Under the pieces are notes generated by a model. That model was not told the DNA's origin. It searched no databases and was given only the letters and a program-made list of their open reading frames with translations. A stretch of 64,000 nucleotides of DNA from the NCBI RefSeq assembly GCF_030028105.1, contig NC_092379.1:21243309-21307308 (forward strand), written 5' to 3'. Positions 51,560 to 64,000 of this stretch are shown piece after piece; position 1 is the first letter of the stretch; each line of letters opens with the position of its first letter. Both the position numbers and the translations under genes were made by a program. The DNA comes from Mobula birostris (Eukaryota).

Positions 51560-52010
51560 TTAATTAAGTGAACAAAAATGCTTCATCAAACAATATATAA
51601 AAAATTATTCAAATATTTCTGAAACATTAAATACACAATAGCAAAGGTCGGTGTTGGGATCACTTCCTTTGACATTTTATGTCAAACATTTGGAAGAAGG
51701 AATTGACGGCTTTGTGGCCAGGTTTGCAGATGATAAGAAGATAGGTGGAAGTGGCAGATAGTGTTGAGGAAGCAGGGTTTCTGCGGAAGGACTTGGACTG
51801 GAAGAATGGGTAAAGAAGTGGCTGCTGGAATATAGTTTAGGGAAAGGCATGGTCATGCATTTTGACAGAAGGAACAAAGGCACGGACTATTTTCTAAATG
51901 GGGAGGAAATTCAAGACTTAGAGGTGAAAAGGGACTTAGGAGTGTTCCTTCAGGGTTCCCTAAAGGCTCATCTGTACTTGGAATCTGCGATTTAAAAAAA
52001 AGGCAAATGC
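51560..52010 (+). mobile_element. CR1 RT fragment
   Basis: gtggccaggtttgcagatgataagaagataggtgg (VARFADDKKIG). Confidence 0.75.
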
Positions 52011-52066
52011 TCAAACCTCTAATAGATTGTGTGTCTCTCCAGATCGCAGCATCTGCAGACTCTTGC

Positions 52067-52970
52067 GGCTACGACCACACTACGCGGGATAATTTTGAAA
52101 ACGAAGCTTTTTCTCTTCGTTATGACCCTCCGTCCACATTGAAATGTCGTTTTCATCCCCCGAAAACTGAGCTTTTCTAGAACACTCTCCAGAGTGTGTA
52201 AATTTGAAAACGATTGTTGCGCGTTGTAGTGTGGACGGGATAAACGGAGCTATTTAAAACTCTGTCATACCAACACCACAACAGATGGCGGCAGCGCGGC
52301 GTTTCATTGTTTTCTTGAACGCAACCCCCCACAAAACTTATCAATTTCAAAACAGACGGCAACGAGACTGAGGCCAGAAGAGTTAGAAATGTACTCACCA
52401 AATACTTTGACCCACAGCTTACTGAATAAATAAGTATACTCACTTTGCCCTGTTTTTTGCCTTTGCTTGTATGAAGGTAGTTTACCTATTTACGCAAGTA
52501 CTTCTCTGACAACAGATGTGTAACGGTCTAATGTAAGGTTGTATGGAAATACAAGATAACACTGATGCAGACATGTTTTATACATTTAACAAGGTGCTTT
52601 ATTAATGCAACAGAGTTAGTTAGTTTTTCAATGTTCGTCGTCAGCCGGGTCATACTGTCCGTGAACTCCCTGTCGGTTGCCTCCATACGCTCCAGTATTT
52701 GTCGTTTTTTTTTAGTTTTAAGTCCTCCTGCGCGAGAGCCAACAGCAATTCATTTAAAGTTTTTCGAGTCTGTAACTGGACAAACGCGCACCAAGTGTAC
52801 GGTTTCTTCTTCGCTTGTTTTCTGTGTCCTGCGCATGCCCAGTAGGAGGAGATTCGCCCAAATATCCGTTCTAATGAGAACGGAGATATTTTGAAAAACG
52901 CCTGGTGTGGACGCCTGTTGTTTTTACGCGAAACCAGCGTTTTCAAAAATATCCGGTCTAGTGTGGACGT
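52067..52970. mobile_element. Non-autonomous PIF/Harbinger-like DNA transposon
   Basis: Imperfect TIRs: ggctacgaccacactacgcgggataattttgaaaacg and cgttttcaaaaatatccggtctagtgtggacgt. The last few TIR bases and any TSD are missing on the right. Confidence 0.7.
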
Positions 52971-53001
52971 TAAAATCAATTTGACAGAGCGCATTTGTTA
53001 C

Positions 53002-53195
53002 CTTGCAGTGCTAAACTGTAACCACTAGGTGTCAGCGGAACACCTCCAATTATTCAGGCTTCAATCAAACTGATTGTTGTAATACTATCTGACAGCCACT
53101 GGGTATCAATCAGACAGAGACGGTGGGGATGTAGGTGACTTCCAGAGGGTCAGGAGTTCCTGAGTCTGCAGGAGTTTGTCAGATGAAATCAATAC
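53002..53195. repeat. Module M copy 6 (inverted, closest to copy 1)
   Basis: ccttgcagtgctaaactgtaaccactaggtgtcagcggaacacctcc ... gaaattgtctttcttccgcatc mirrors 5895-6110. Confidence 0.8.
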
Positions 53196-53984
53196 GTTGA
53201 AATTGTCTTTCTTCCGCATCCTAAGTACATGCTTGTTGGCAGGTCAACTGGCCAAGATAAATTAGACTGGCATCTGTAATGTCAGAGAGTCAAGGGGCAT
53301 GGAAACAGGCCCTTCGGCCCAACTCATCCATGTTGACCAAGATGTCCATCCAAGCAAGACACCTTGCCAGCATTTTGCGGGAACTTTTCCTATCCATTGT
53401 CCTTTTGATTTTGTGTATCTCTGTAAAATCACCACTCAATCTTCTACAAGTCAGAGTGTTTCACCAGAGCTGAGGAAGTTAAAGATTGTTGGAGATTTAA
53501 TAAACATGTACGGTAACGGGGAAACATCCCATCTCAGTGTTACATTGACTCTCCACAGTGTCCATGAATAAACCTTACATTAAGTAATTTGTATATTTAC
53601 TCCAAGGAAAGTTGTAGTCCAGCCAAACTGTTCCTTCAACTCAAGTCATGGCAGCATCCTTATAAATCTTTTCTGCACTTTTTTCCTGATTAATAACATC
53701 TTTTCCCCCAGTAGGATGAATAAAAACTGAACACAGTCCAAATACAACCTCACCAACACCTTCTACTATCCAAACATGTGCTCCAAACTTTTCTACACAA
53801 ATTTCTGATTGATGAAGACCAGCATAACAACAATCTTCTTCACCAGCCTGTCTACTTGTGACGCCACATGTATTTGAACACCAACAGGTCTCTGTTCCAC
53901 AACACTCTCCAGGGTCCAGTCAGCCGCTGTGAAATTCCTACCTTGGTTTAACTTTCCAAAATATTACACCTTATACTTCCTCCA

Positions 53985-54655
53985 GAACCAAGCCAGAATC
54001 TAGTGATTCTTGAAAAATCGTTGCTAATGTTTCCACAACCTCTTCAGCTGCCCCTTTCAGAAATCTAGGGTGTAGTTAGTCCATCTGGTCCAGGTGACTT
54101 ATTTACCTTCAGACCTTTCAGTTTCGCAAGCACCTTCTCCCTTATGCCCTGTGACATTCTCAATCCTCTGGCAAACTGTGAGCATGTTCCACAGTGAAGA
54201 CTGATGGAAAATATTTATTCAGTTCGTCCACCATTTCCTTGTCTCCCATTACTACCTCTCTAGTGTTATTTTCCAGAGGTCCGATATCTACTCATCCTCA
54301 CTTTTACCTTTATATATCTGAAAAATCTGTCGGTATCCTCTTTCATATTATTGGCGAGCTTACCTTCATATTTCATCTTTTCACTCTTTACGGATTTTTT
54401 AGTTGCCTTCTGTTGGTTTAGAAAAGCATCTCAATCCTCTAATTCCCCACTAGTTGTTGCTCTATTATAGGCCCTTTCTTTAGTTTATATGTTGTCTTTG
54501 ACTTCCCTTGTCAGCCACGGAATGTCATCCTGCCTCCAGAATACTTGCCATTGCTCCTCTGCCATCATCTCTGTTAGTGTCCCCTTCCATTCAATGTTGG
54601 TATGCTCCTCTCTCATGATTCTGTAATTCCCTTTACCCCAGTGTAATACTCCACT
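53985..54655 (-). mobile_element. CR1 fragment, inverted paralog of 3166-3830
   Basis: GVLHWGKGNYRIMREEHTNIEWKGTLTEMMAEEQWQVFWRQDDIPWL has the same internal deletion as 3170-3300. Confidence 0.88.
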
Positions 54656-57600
54656 GGAGCTGGAGTTGGATGTACTCAGGATCATCCGGGAGGCTGAAGA
54701 TATTATAGATGAGACTATTGAAGAGATGGTCACACCCAGAGTACAGACTTCACACGGTAGATGGGTGACTACCAGGAGAAGTAAGGGGTTTAAGCAGTCA
54801 GTGCAGCAGTCCCCTATGGCCATTGGCCTCAGTAACAAGTATACCTCTTTGGATACTGCTGTGGGGGATGACCCATCAGGGCACAGCAGCAGCAGCCAGA
54901 CAAGTGGCACTGTGGCCAGCACTGATGCTCAGCAGGGAAGGGTAAATTCAGGCAGTGTGGAAGTGATGAGGGATTTGACAGTTAAGGGGACAGACAGGAG
55001 ATTCTGTGGCCACAAAAGAGACACCAGGATGGTGTGTTGCTTCCCGGGTGCTAGGGCCCAGGATGGATCAGAGAGGCTGCAGGATATTCTCAAGGGGAAG
55101 GGTGAATAGCCAGAGGTCGTGATGCATATTGGCACCAAAGACATAGGCAGAAGTTAGTATGTAGAGTTAAGAAAGAGGCTGAAGAGAAGGACCTCCAAGA
55201 TAGTAATCTCTGGATTACTCCCGATGTACGGACTAGTGCTGGTAGGAATGGGATGATAGCACAGATGAATGAGTGGCTGGGGAGATGGTGCAAGGGAGCA
55301 GGGTTTAAAGTTCTTGGATGATTGGGACCTTTTCTGAGGAAGGACTGACCTGTATAAGAGAGACGGGTACCACCTGAACTGGAGGGAAGTGAATATCCTG
55401 GCTGGGGGTGGGGTTTGCTAATGTTACTCAGGAGGGGTAAACTAGGTTTTCAGGGGCTGGGAACCAGAACACCAGTTCAGTAACTAAAGTATGCACAGGA
55501 AGTTGGATGTCAGGGAAAGTATTGAGAGGCAAAATCAAAATAACCCTGGTATGATGGGACTGATAGTTTGAAGTGTGTGTGTGTGTTTTAATGCTCGGAG
55601 TATTATAGGTAGAAGGGATGAACTCAGAGCATGGATCAGTCAATGCAACTACAATATTCTGGCCATTACAGAGACTTGGCTGAGGGAGGAACAGGAATGG
55701 GCAATTAATGTAACAGGTTTTGAAAGTTATAGAAAAGATAGAGGAGAAAGTAAAAAGGGGGGGTATGTGCACGGGAGGGGGGGGATGTGCACTACTAAAC
55801 GGGGACAACATCACAGCTGCACTGAGGGGGAACATAATGGAGGGTTCAGACACTGTGTCCATTTTGGTGGAACCCAAGTCTAGGAAAGATGTAACCACAT
55901 TGATGGGATGGTACTATACCCCAGTGGCCCCCGGGTCATTGAGGAACAGGTATATAAACAAATTAAGGAAATGTGTAAAAATAATAGGGTTGTTGTCATG
56001 TGGGATTTGTATTTCCCTAATATAAACTGAAACTTCTTGGTGCAAGGGATTTAGATGGGGTAGAATGTGTTAAGTGTGTCCATGAGGGTTTCTTAAATTA
56101 ATAAGTAGACAGTCCTACAGGAGGAGGAGCTGTCCTGGTCCTGGTGTTGGGTAATGAACCTGGCCAGGTGATCAACCTCTCTGTGGACGAGCAGTTGGGG
56201 AACAGTGACCACAACTCCTTAACTTTCAGGATAGCGATAGATAAGGACAGGTATGGTCATTGCAGGAGATTCTTAAATTAGATTAGGGCAAATTATGAGA
56301 GCATTAGGCAGGAACTAAGAAGTGTTATTTGGGAAAACCTTTTTTTCTGGCAAGTCCACATCAGACATGTGGAGGGTGCTTAAAGATCAATTGCACAGAG
56401 TGCAGTAAATGTATGTTCCTATTCGAAGGAAAGACCGTGATGGAAAGATAAGAGAACTTTGGATGTCCAGAGAGGTGATGAATTTAGTCAAGAAGGAAAA
56501 TGAAAAGCATGTAAAGCTTTGGGAGTTAGAACAAACGAAGCGCATGAGGAGTGTAGATAAACTGGAAAAGAAGTAAAGAAAGGAATTAGAAAAGCCAGGA
56601 GGGGTCATGAAAAGCCCTTGGGAAGTAGGATTAGGCTGAATCCCAAGGTACATCAGAAACAAGAGGATAACTAGGGAGAAGGTAGAACTGCTCAAAGATA
56701 AAGAGGGGAATGTTTGCTTGGATGTGGAGAAGGTGAGTGAGATACTTAATGAGTACTTTGCTTCAGTATTTTCTAAGGAAAATGACCTGGAGGACCAGGA
56801 GACCAGAGCTGAATGCATAGATATATTATGGTGTTTAGACGTTAAGAGGAAGGAGGTGTTGGGCCTCCTAGTGAGTATTAAGGTGGATAAGTCCCCAGGG
56901 CCTGATGGGATTCACCCCAGGTTATTGAGGGAGGCAAGAGGTGAGAATGCTGGGCTCTTAACCAGAATCTTTGTGCCCTCTCTCATCACAGGTGAGGTCC
57001 CAGAGACATAGCGAGCAGCTAATGTTGTACCTCTATTTAAGAAAGGAACAAGGGAAAATCCTGGGAACTATGGGCCAGGGAGTCTCACCTCAGTTGTAGG
57101 GAAATTGCTGGAGAAAATTCTTAGGGATGTGATATCTGAGCATTTGGAAACCCATGGCCTAACTATGGAGAGCCAACATGACTTTGTGCAGGGCAGGTCG
57201 TGCTTTACCAACTTGATTGAGTTTTTTGACAAGGTGACAAGACAAATTGATCAAGGTAGAGCAGTGGATGTTGCCTACATGGGTTTCAGTAAGGTATTTG
57301 ACAAAATCTCTCCTGGGAGGCTAAACCAGAAGATTAGGATGCATAGAGTCCGTGGCAAATTTGATGTTCCAACTCAGAATTAGCTTGCACAGAACGGACT
57401 GAGGGTAGTGGTCAAAGGGACATAATTGAGTTGGAAGTCTGTAATTAGTGGTGCTCCACAGGGATCTGTGCTGGTACTTCTGCTGTTTGTGATGTATATA
57501 AATGACCTGGATGAAAATGTAGATGGGTGGGTTAGTAAGTTTGCAGATGATACGAAGATTGGTGAAGTTGTGGATAGTGTAGAAGACTAGCAAAGAATAC

Positions 57601-58420
57601 AGCATGATAAAGATCAGTTGCAGATAAGGGCAGAGAAATCGCAGATGGAGCTTAACTCAGATAAATGTGAGGTGTTGCACCTTGGTAGGGTAAATGCAAG
57701 GAGACAGTACACTGTTCAGGGTAAGACCCTTAATAGTGCTGCTGAGCAGAGAGGTCTCAGGGTCCAAGTTCATAGCTCCTTGAAAGTGGCGACACTGGTG
57801 GATAGGGTGGTTAAGAAGGCTTATGGAATGCTTGCTTTTATTAGTCAAGGCATTGAGTTCAAAAGTCAAAAGGTTATGTTGCAATTTTATGAAATTCTGG
57901 TTTGGCCACATCTGGAGGATTGGATGCAATTCTGGTCACCCCACTATAGGAAGGATATTGAGGCTTTGAAGAGGGTTCAGAAGAGGTTTAACAGGTTGCT
58001 GCCTGGTTTCGAGGGAATGTGCTATCCCGAGAGGCTAAGCTAACTTGGGTTGTTTTCTTTGGCGTGTCGGAGGCTGAGGGGAGGTCTGATAGTGGTTTAT
58101 ATGATTATGAGAAGCATAATTAAAGTCAACAGAGTATCTTTTTCCCAGGGTAGAAATGTCTAACACCAGAGGGCATGCATTGAAGGTGAGAGGACATAGG
58201 TTCAAAGGGGACAAGAGGGGTAATTTTTTTTACTCAGAGAGTGGCGGATGCCTGAATTGCGCTGCCTCATATGGTGGTGGAGGCAAATACATTAGAGACA
58301 TTTGGGTAGGCACATGAATATGAGGAAAATGGATGGATATGGACATTGTGTAGGTAGGAGGGATTAGTTTTAGGGGATTTTTGATTTATTTTTTAGCTGG
58401 TTCAGCACAACATTGTGGGC
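54656..58420 (+). mobile_element. CR1 LINE (ORF1 esterase, endonuclease, RT, 3' UTR), degenerate; inverted paralog of 1-3165
   Basis: LSNKYTSLDTAVGDDPSGHSSSSQ, CFNARSI, KVDKSPGPDGIHPRLL, SKFADDTKIG, HLEDW..FWSPHYRKDIEAL. Confidence 0.93.
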
Positions 58421-58579
58421 TGAAGAGTCTGTTCTTGTGCTGTAGTCTTCTATGTTCTGATAAATCTGACTTTAGCTTCTCCCATTCAAATTGCGTCGTG
58501 AATTCTATCATAATTTGATAACTGTGTCCTAAGGGTTCCTTTACCCTGAGCTCCGAAATCAAATCTGGTACATTAATTA

Positions 58580-58870
58580 AAGGCATCCGTTAGTCTTGCA
58601 AGACCATGGATCTGCACCTGGAAAGTCTTCACTCTCCAGGGCGTAGGCCTGGGGCAGGGTTGTATGGAAGACCAGCAGTTGCCCATGCTTCAAGTCTCCC
58701 CTCTCCATGACACCAGTGTTGTCCAAGGGAAGGGCATTAGGACCCATACAGCTTGGCACCAGTGTCATCGCAGAGCAATGCGTGATTAAGTGCCTTGCTC
58801 AGGGACACAACACATTGCCTCGGCTGGGGCGCGAACTCACGACCTTCCAATGCCTTAACCACTTGGCCAC
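58580..58870 (-). mobile_element. tRNA-head SINE with an RTE-like tail, inserted in a CR1 fragment (58450-59360, minus)
   Basis: Minus strand ggtcgtgagttcgcgcccc (B-box-like); aagtgccttgctcagggacacaac core. The CR1 endonuclease sequence resumes on both sides. Confidence 0.65.
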
Positions 58871-59689
58871 GTACATTACACAACACCCAATCCAGAACAG
58901 CTGATCCCCTGGTGGGTTCAAGCACAAGTTGCTCTAAATATCCATCTCATAGGCATTCCACAAGTTCTCTCTCTTGGAATCCAAAATCAGCAACAAACCT
59001 GATTTTCCCAATCTACCTGCATATTGAAATCCTCCATGACTATCATAACTTTGCTCATTTGACTTGCATTTTCTATCTCTCATAGTAAATTGTATTCCAC
59101 GTCCTGGCTGCTGTTTGGAGGCCTGTATATAACTCCCTTCAGGGTCTTTTTAACCTTGCAGTTCCTTAATGCTACCCACAACGATTCTACATTTTCTAAT
59201 CCAATGTCACCTCATTTTAAGGATTTTATGTCATTTTTTTTTTACCAACAGAGCCATGCCACCCCTACGGTCTACCTGCCTATCCTTTTGATACAATGTT
59301 GTGTATCTTTGGATGTTAGGCTCCCAGCTATAGCCTTCTTTCATCCAGGTATCTGAAATCCCACCCCCTGTACCAGTTTCTCAGTATTACTTTCAACTGC
59401 CAACTCATCCTATTTTTATTCTCACATGCATGTGACACAGGCAGCAATCCAAAGATTACTGCAATGGAAGTCCTATTTTCAGCTTTCTACTTGAACTCCA
59501 AGGCCCCCCGTTCCGCAACACCCTCCAGGACCCTATCGTTCACAGTGGAAGTCTTACCTTGGTTTAACTTTCCAAAGTATTACACCTTGAATGTTCCTGA
59601 ATAGAACTCCATTTGCCATTCTTCAGTCCACTTAATCAGCTGAACAAGATTCCACAGTAATTTTGATACCCTTTGCTCTTGACTTTACC

Positions 59690-62600
59690 GCTTATTTTTC
59701 AGAGGGCTGCAATCAGTGCGAGAGGTCATTCATTAGTGATACAGCACAAGGTTTAAAAAGAGCTTGGGTGTTTTCAGGACCTTACAATGGTTTGTAACCA
59801 GCACAAGATGTCATTCGTTGGTGATGCGTGCTAGTTTTCTAAAGAGTTCGGATGCTTTTGAAACTTTTCCGTGGGCTGCAATCAGCATGAAAGGTGATTC
59901 AAGGGTGACACAGTAGAAGGTTTAAAGAGTGCTCAGGTTTGGGATTGCAATCTTAACAATCTATTCGGCACTCAGCAGGGAAGAATAAAAAGAAGCAAAG
60001 TGAAAGTGGAGCAGCCGTTGTGTGAGTGAACAGTGTTAGAGTGGCCAGGCTTTGACTAAACAGGCTTCATCAAAAACTGGCTTGGGCAAACACAGTGGAT
60101 GTTCTGAGTAAGTTTATAGTAAGTTTATTTTTTCTGTTACTACACAGCTAGTGCTCTGACAGTGGGTCCAGAGTTAGTGATATGTTCCTTCTGTGAGATG
60201 TGGAAACTTTGAGAGACCTCCTGTTTCCCTGAGAACTACATTGGCACGAAATGCACTGAGCTAAAGCTCCTTAGAGAAATTGTGTTAAGGAACTGGAGCT
60301 GCAGCTCGATGACCTTCAGTTCATACGGGAAAATGAGGAAGTGGTAGATAGAGCCACAGGGGTGTAGAAACACAGAAACATAGAAAATAGGTGCAGGAGT
60401 AGGCCATTCGGCCCTTCGAGCCTGCACCGCCATTCAGTATGATCATGGCTGATCATCCAACTCAGAACCCTGTACCAGCCTTCCCTCCATACACCCCGAT
60501 CCCTTTAGCCACAAGGGCCATATCTAACTGCCTCTTAAATATAGCCAATGAACTGGCCTCAACTGTTTCCTGTGGCAGAGAATTCCACAGATTCATCACT
60601 CTCTGTGTGAAGAAGTTTTTCCTAATCTTGGTCGTAAAAGGCTTCCTCTTTATCCTCTAACTGTGACCCCTCGTTCTGGACTTCTCCAGCATCGGGAAAA
60701 ATCTTCCTGCATCTAGCCTGTCCAATCTCTTTTGGATGTTATACGTTTCAATCAGATCCCCCCTCAATCTTCTAAATTCCAATGAGTATAAGCCTAGCCA
60801 ATCCAGTTTTTCATCATATGAAAGTCCTGCCATCCCAGGAATCAATCTGGTGAACCTTCTTTGTACTCCCTCTATGGCAAGGATGTCTTTCCTCAGATTA
60901 GCAGACCAAATCTGCACACAATACTCCAGGTGTGGTCTCACCAAGGCCTTTTACAACTGCAGTAGTACCTTCCTGCTCCTGTACTTGAATCCTCTTGCTA
61001 TAAATGCCAGCATACCATTCGCCTTTTTCACCGCCTGCTGTACCTGCATGCACACTTTCAATGACTGGTGAATAATGACACCCAGGTCTCACTGCACCTC
61101 CCCTTTTCCTAATTGGCCACCATTCAGATAATAATCTGTTTTCCTGTTTTTCCCACCAAAGTGGATAACTTCACATTTATCCACATTAAATTACATCTGC
61201 CATGAATTTGCCCACTCACCTAACCTATCCAAGTCACCCTGCATCCTCTTAGCATCCTCCTCACAGCTAACACTGCTGCCCAGCTTCGTGTCATCCGCAA
61301 ACTTAGAGATGCTGCATTTAATTCCCTCATCCAGGGTCATTAATATATATAGTAAAGAACTGGGGTTCCAGCACTGAGCCTTGCGGTACCTCACTAGTCA
61401 CTGCCTGCCATTCTGAAAAGGTCCCGTTTATTCCCACTCTTTGCTTCCTGTCTGCCAACCAATTCTCTATCCACATCAATACCTTACCCCCAATACCGTG
61501 TGCTTTAAGTTTGCACACTAATTTCCTGTGTGGGACCTTGTCAAAATCCTTTTGAAAATCCAAATATACCACATCCACTGGTTCTCCCCTATCCACTCTA
61601 CTAGTTACATCCTCAAAAAATTCTATGAGATTCGTCAGACATGATTTTCCTTTCACAAATCCATGCCGACTTCGTCCGATGATTTCATCGCTTTCCAAAT
61701 GTGCTGTTATCACATCTTTGATAACTGACTCCAGCAGTTTCCCCACCACCGACGTTAGGCTAACCAGTCTATAATTCCCTGGTTTCTCTCTCCCTCCTTT
61801 TTTAAAAAGTGGGGTTACATTAGCCACCCTCCAATCCTCAGGAACTAGTCCAGAATCTAAAGAGTTTTGAAAAATTATCACTAGTGCATCCACTATTTCT
61901 TGGGCTACTTCCTTAAGCACTCTGGGATGCAGACATTCTGGCCCTGGGGATTTATCCGCCTTTAATCCCTTCAATTTACCTAACACCACTTCCCTACTAA
62001 CATGTATTTCCCTCAGTTCCTCCATCTCACTGGACCCTCTGTCCCCTACTATTTCTGGAAGATTATTTATGTCCTCCTTAGTGAAGACAGAACCAAAGTA
62101 ATTATTCAATTGGTCTGCCATGTCCTTGCTCCCCATAATCAATTCACCTGTTTCTGTCTGTAAGGGACCTACATTTGTCTTAACCAATCTTTTTTCTTTT
62201 CACATATCTATAAAAGCTTTTACAGTCAGTTTTTATGTTCCCTGCCAGTTTTCTCTCATAATCTTTTTCCCCCTTCCTAACTAAGCCCTCTGTCCTCCTC
62301 TGCTGAACTCTGAATTTCTCCCAGTCCTCAGGTGAGCCACTTTTTCTGGCTTACAGGAGGTAGGTTCCTGGGTGATGGTCAGGAGAGGGAAAAGGAATAG
62401 GCAGCCAGTTCAGAGTACCTCTGTGACCATTCACCTCAATAATAAATTTACTGCTTTGGATAGAGTTGAAGGGGAGAACTTGGGGCAGACACAGAAACCT
62501 GGTTTCTAGCACTGAGTCTGTCCCAGTGGCTCAGAAGGGAAGGCAGGGGTGTAGAAGAGGAGTTAAACTGTGATAGTGGATTCCATAATCAGAGGAGCAG

Positions 62601-64000
62601 ACAGCAGATTCTATGGATGTGAAAGAGACACCTAGATAGTACGTTGCTTCACAGGTGCCAAGGTCAGGGATGTCTCGGATCAGGTCAGGAGCATTCTAAA
62701 GGGGAAGAGCGATCAGCTGGAAGATGTGGTGTATATTGGTATCAGTGACATAAGCAGGGAAAGAGAGGAGGTCCTGAAGACAGAATATAGGGAGTTAGAT
62801 GGAAAGCTGAAGAATTGGACCTCCAGCGTAGTAACCTCTCGATTGCTGTTTGCGCCATGCACCAGTGAGGGTACGAATAAGATGACTTGACAGTTGATTG
62901 TGTGGCAGAAGAATTGGTGCAGGGGCAGTGTTTCAGATTTCTGGACCATTTTGATCTCTTCTGGGGAATGTATGACCTGTACAAAAGGACAGGTTATATC
63001 TGAACACGCCGGAGACCAATACCCTTACAGGCAGGATTGCTAGAGCTGTTTGGGAGGATTAAAACTATTTTGGCAGGGGGATTGTAACCAGAGTGATAGG
63101 GCTGAGGATGGGGCAGCTGGTCTAAAACTAGATGTGGTGTGTAGTGAGGCTGAGAGGAAAGGACAGGCAGATGATAGGCAAAGTTGAAGTCATGTGAATG
63201 AGTTCAAGTGTACCAGGGGGCCAAAATCAAAAAGAGTGATGAATTCAGGACTGAAGGTGTAATATTGGAATGCACACAGTATATGGAATAAGGTCTTGTA
63301 GTGAAGTTAGAGATTAGCACGTAATACATTGTGAGCATCACTGAGTTGTGGCTGAAAGAAGATCATAGCTGGGAGCTTAACATCCAAAGATGCACATAGT
63401 ATTGAAAGCATAGGCGCGTAAGCAGAGGGGATGAGGAGCTTCTGTTGGTAAAAAGTGAAATCAAATCCTTAGAAAGAGGTGATATAGTATCAGAAGATGT
63501 AGTATCATTTTAGGCAGAGTTAAGAAACTGCAAGAGTTTAATAAAAAAAATTCTGATGGAAGTTATACACAGGCCTCTGAACAGTAGCCAGGATGAGGGC
63601 TACAAATTACAATGGGAGATAGGAAAGGAATGTAAAAAGGGAGAAGTTACAAAAGTTGTGGGGATCTCAATATGTAGATAGATTGGGAAAATGAGGTTGG
63701 CGCTGTATCCCAAGAGAAGAAATTTGTAGAATGCCTATGAGGTTGTTTTTAGAGCAGCTTGTGGTTGAGTCCAACAGTGGAACAGTAATTCTGGATTGGG
63801 TGTAGGGTAATGAACCAGATTTGATTTGCAAGCTTAAGGTAAAGGAACCCACAGGATCAAGTGATCATAATATAACAAAATTCACCCTACAGTTTGAGAA
63901 GGAGAAACTAAAATCGGATGTATCAGTATTACAGTGGAGTAAAGGGAATTACAGATGCATGAGAGAGGGGCTGGCCACAGTAGATTGGAAGAGGTCAGAT
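59690..64000 (+). mobile_element. CR1 LINE 5' UTR, ORF1 and endonuclease, degenerate, interrupted by another CR1
   Basis: ORF1 Cys motif CSFCEMW...NYI..KCTEL...KELELQLDDL (60180-60350) resumes at about 62351 (NKFTAL..VEG, VDSIIRGADSRFYG); endonuclease from about 63250. Confidence 0.8.
60373..62350 (-). mobile_element. Relatively young, 5'-truncated CR1 LINE (RT)
   Basis: 286-aa open ORF 61327-62187 (KADKSPGPECLHPRVL, DWRVANVTPLFKKG, VYLDFQKDFDKVPH), SKFADDTKLG (61191-61394), RPHLEYCVQIW; intact tail (plus strand cacagaaacatagaaaatagg). A few frameshifts. Confidence 0.95.

Noticed and set aside
1-64000. CRISPR arrays, prokaryotic operons, rRNA or tRNA genes
   Set aside because: No regularly spaced short repeats or structural RNA signatures were seen; the sequence is vertebrate repeat-rich DNA.

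Overview
Eukaryotic, repeat-dominated genomic DNA, inferred to be from a cartilaginous fish (shark or ray) because of the IgW/IgNAR-type constant exons and the repeat families present. I see no intact host protein-coding gene, rRNA, tRNA or CRISPR array. Most of the window is decayed retroelements: CR1, Rex1/Babar, RTE, Tx1, Penelope-like, SINEs, two Gypsy elements, two ERV relics and solo LTRs, plus one Harbinger-like DNA element. The host-derived core is a broken pair of immunoglobulin heavy-chain constant exons at about 35.95-36.99 kb (minus strand). Four things stand out. (1) Two pairs of inverted segmental duplications: 1-6.2 kb vs 52-58 kb, and 30.1-32.8 kb vs 40.6-42.6 kb, the second pair flanking the Ig exons. 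(2) An unidentified exon-like module of about 190-230 bp present six times inside these duplications. (3) A fragmented ERV with a tRNA-Ser-type primer binding site and an apparent 2H-phosphoesterase-like (HxT) domain upstream of RT. (4) A Gypsy provirus with divergent LTRs and no target-site duplication. All alignments and family assignments were made by eye and from memory of the families; boundaries are approximate.
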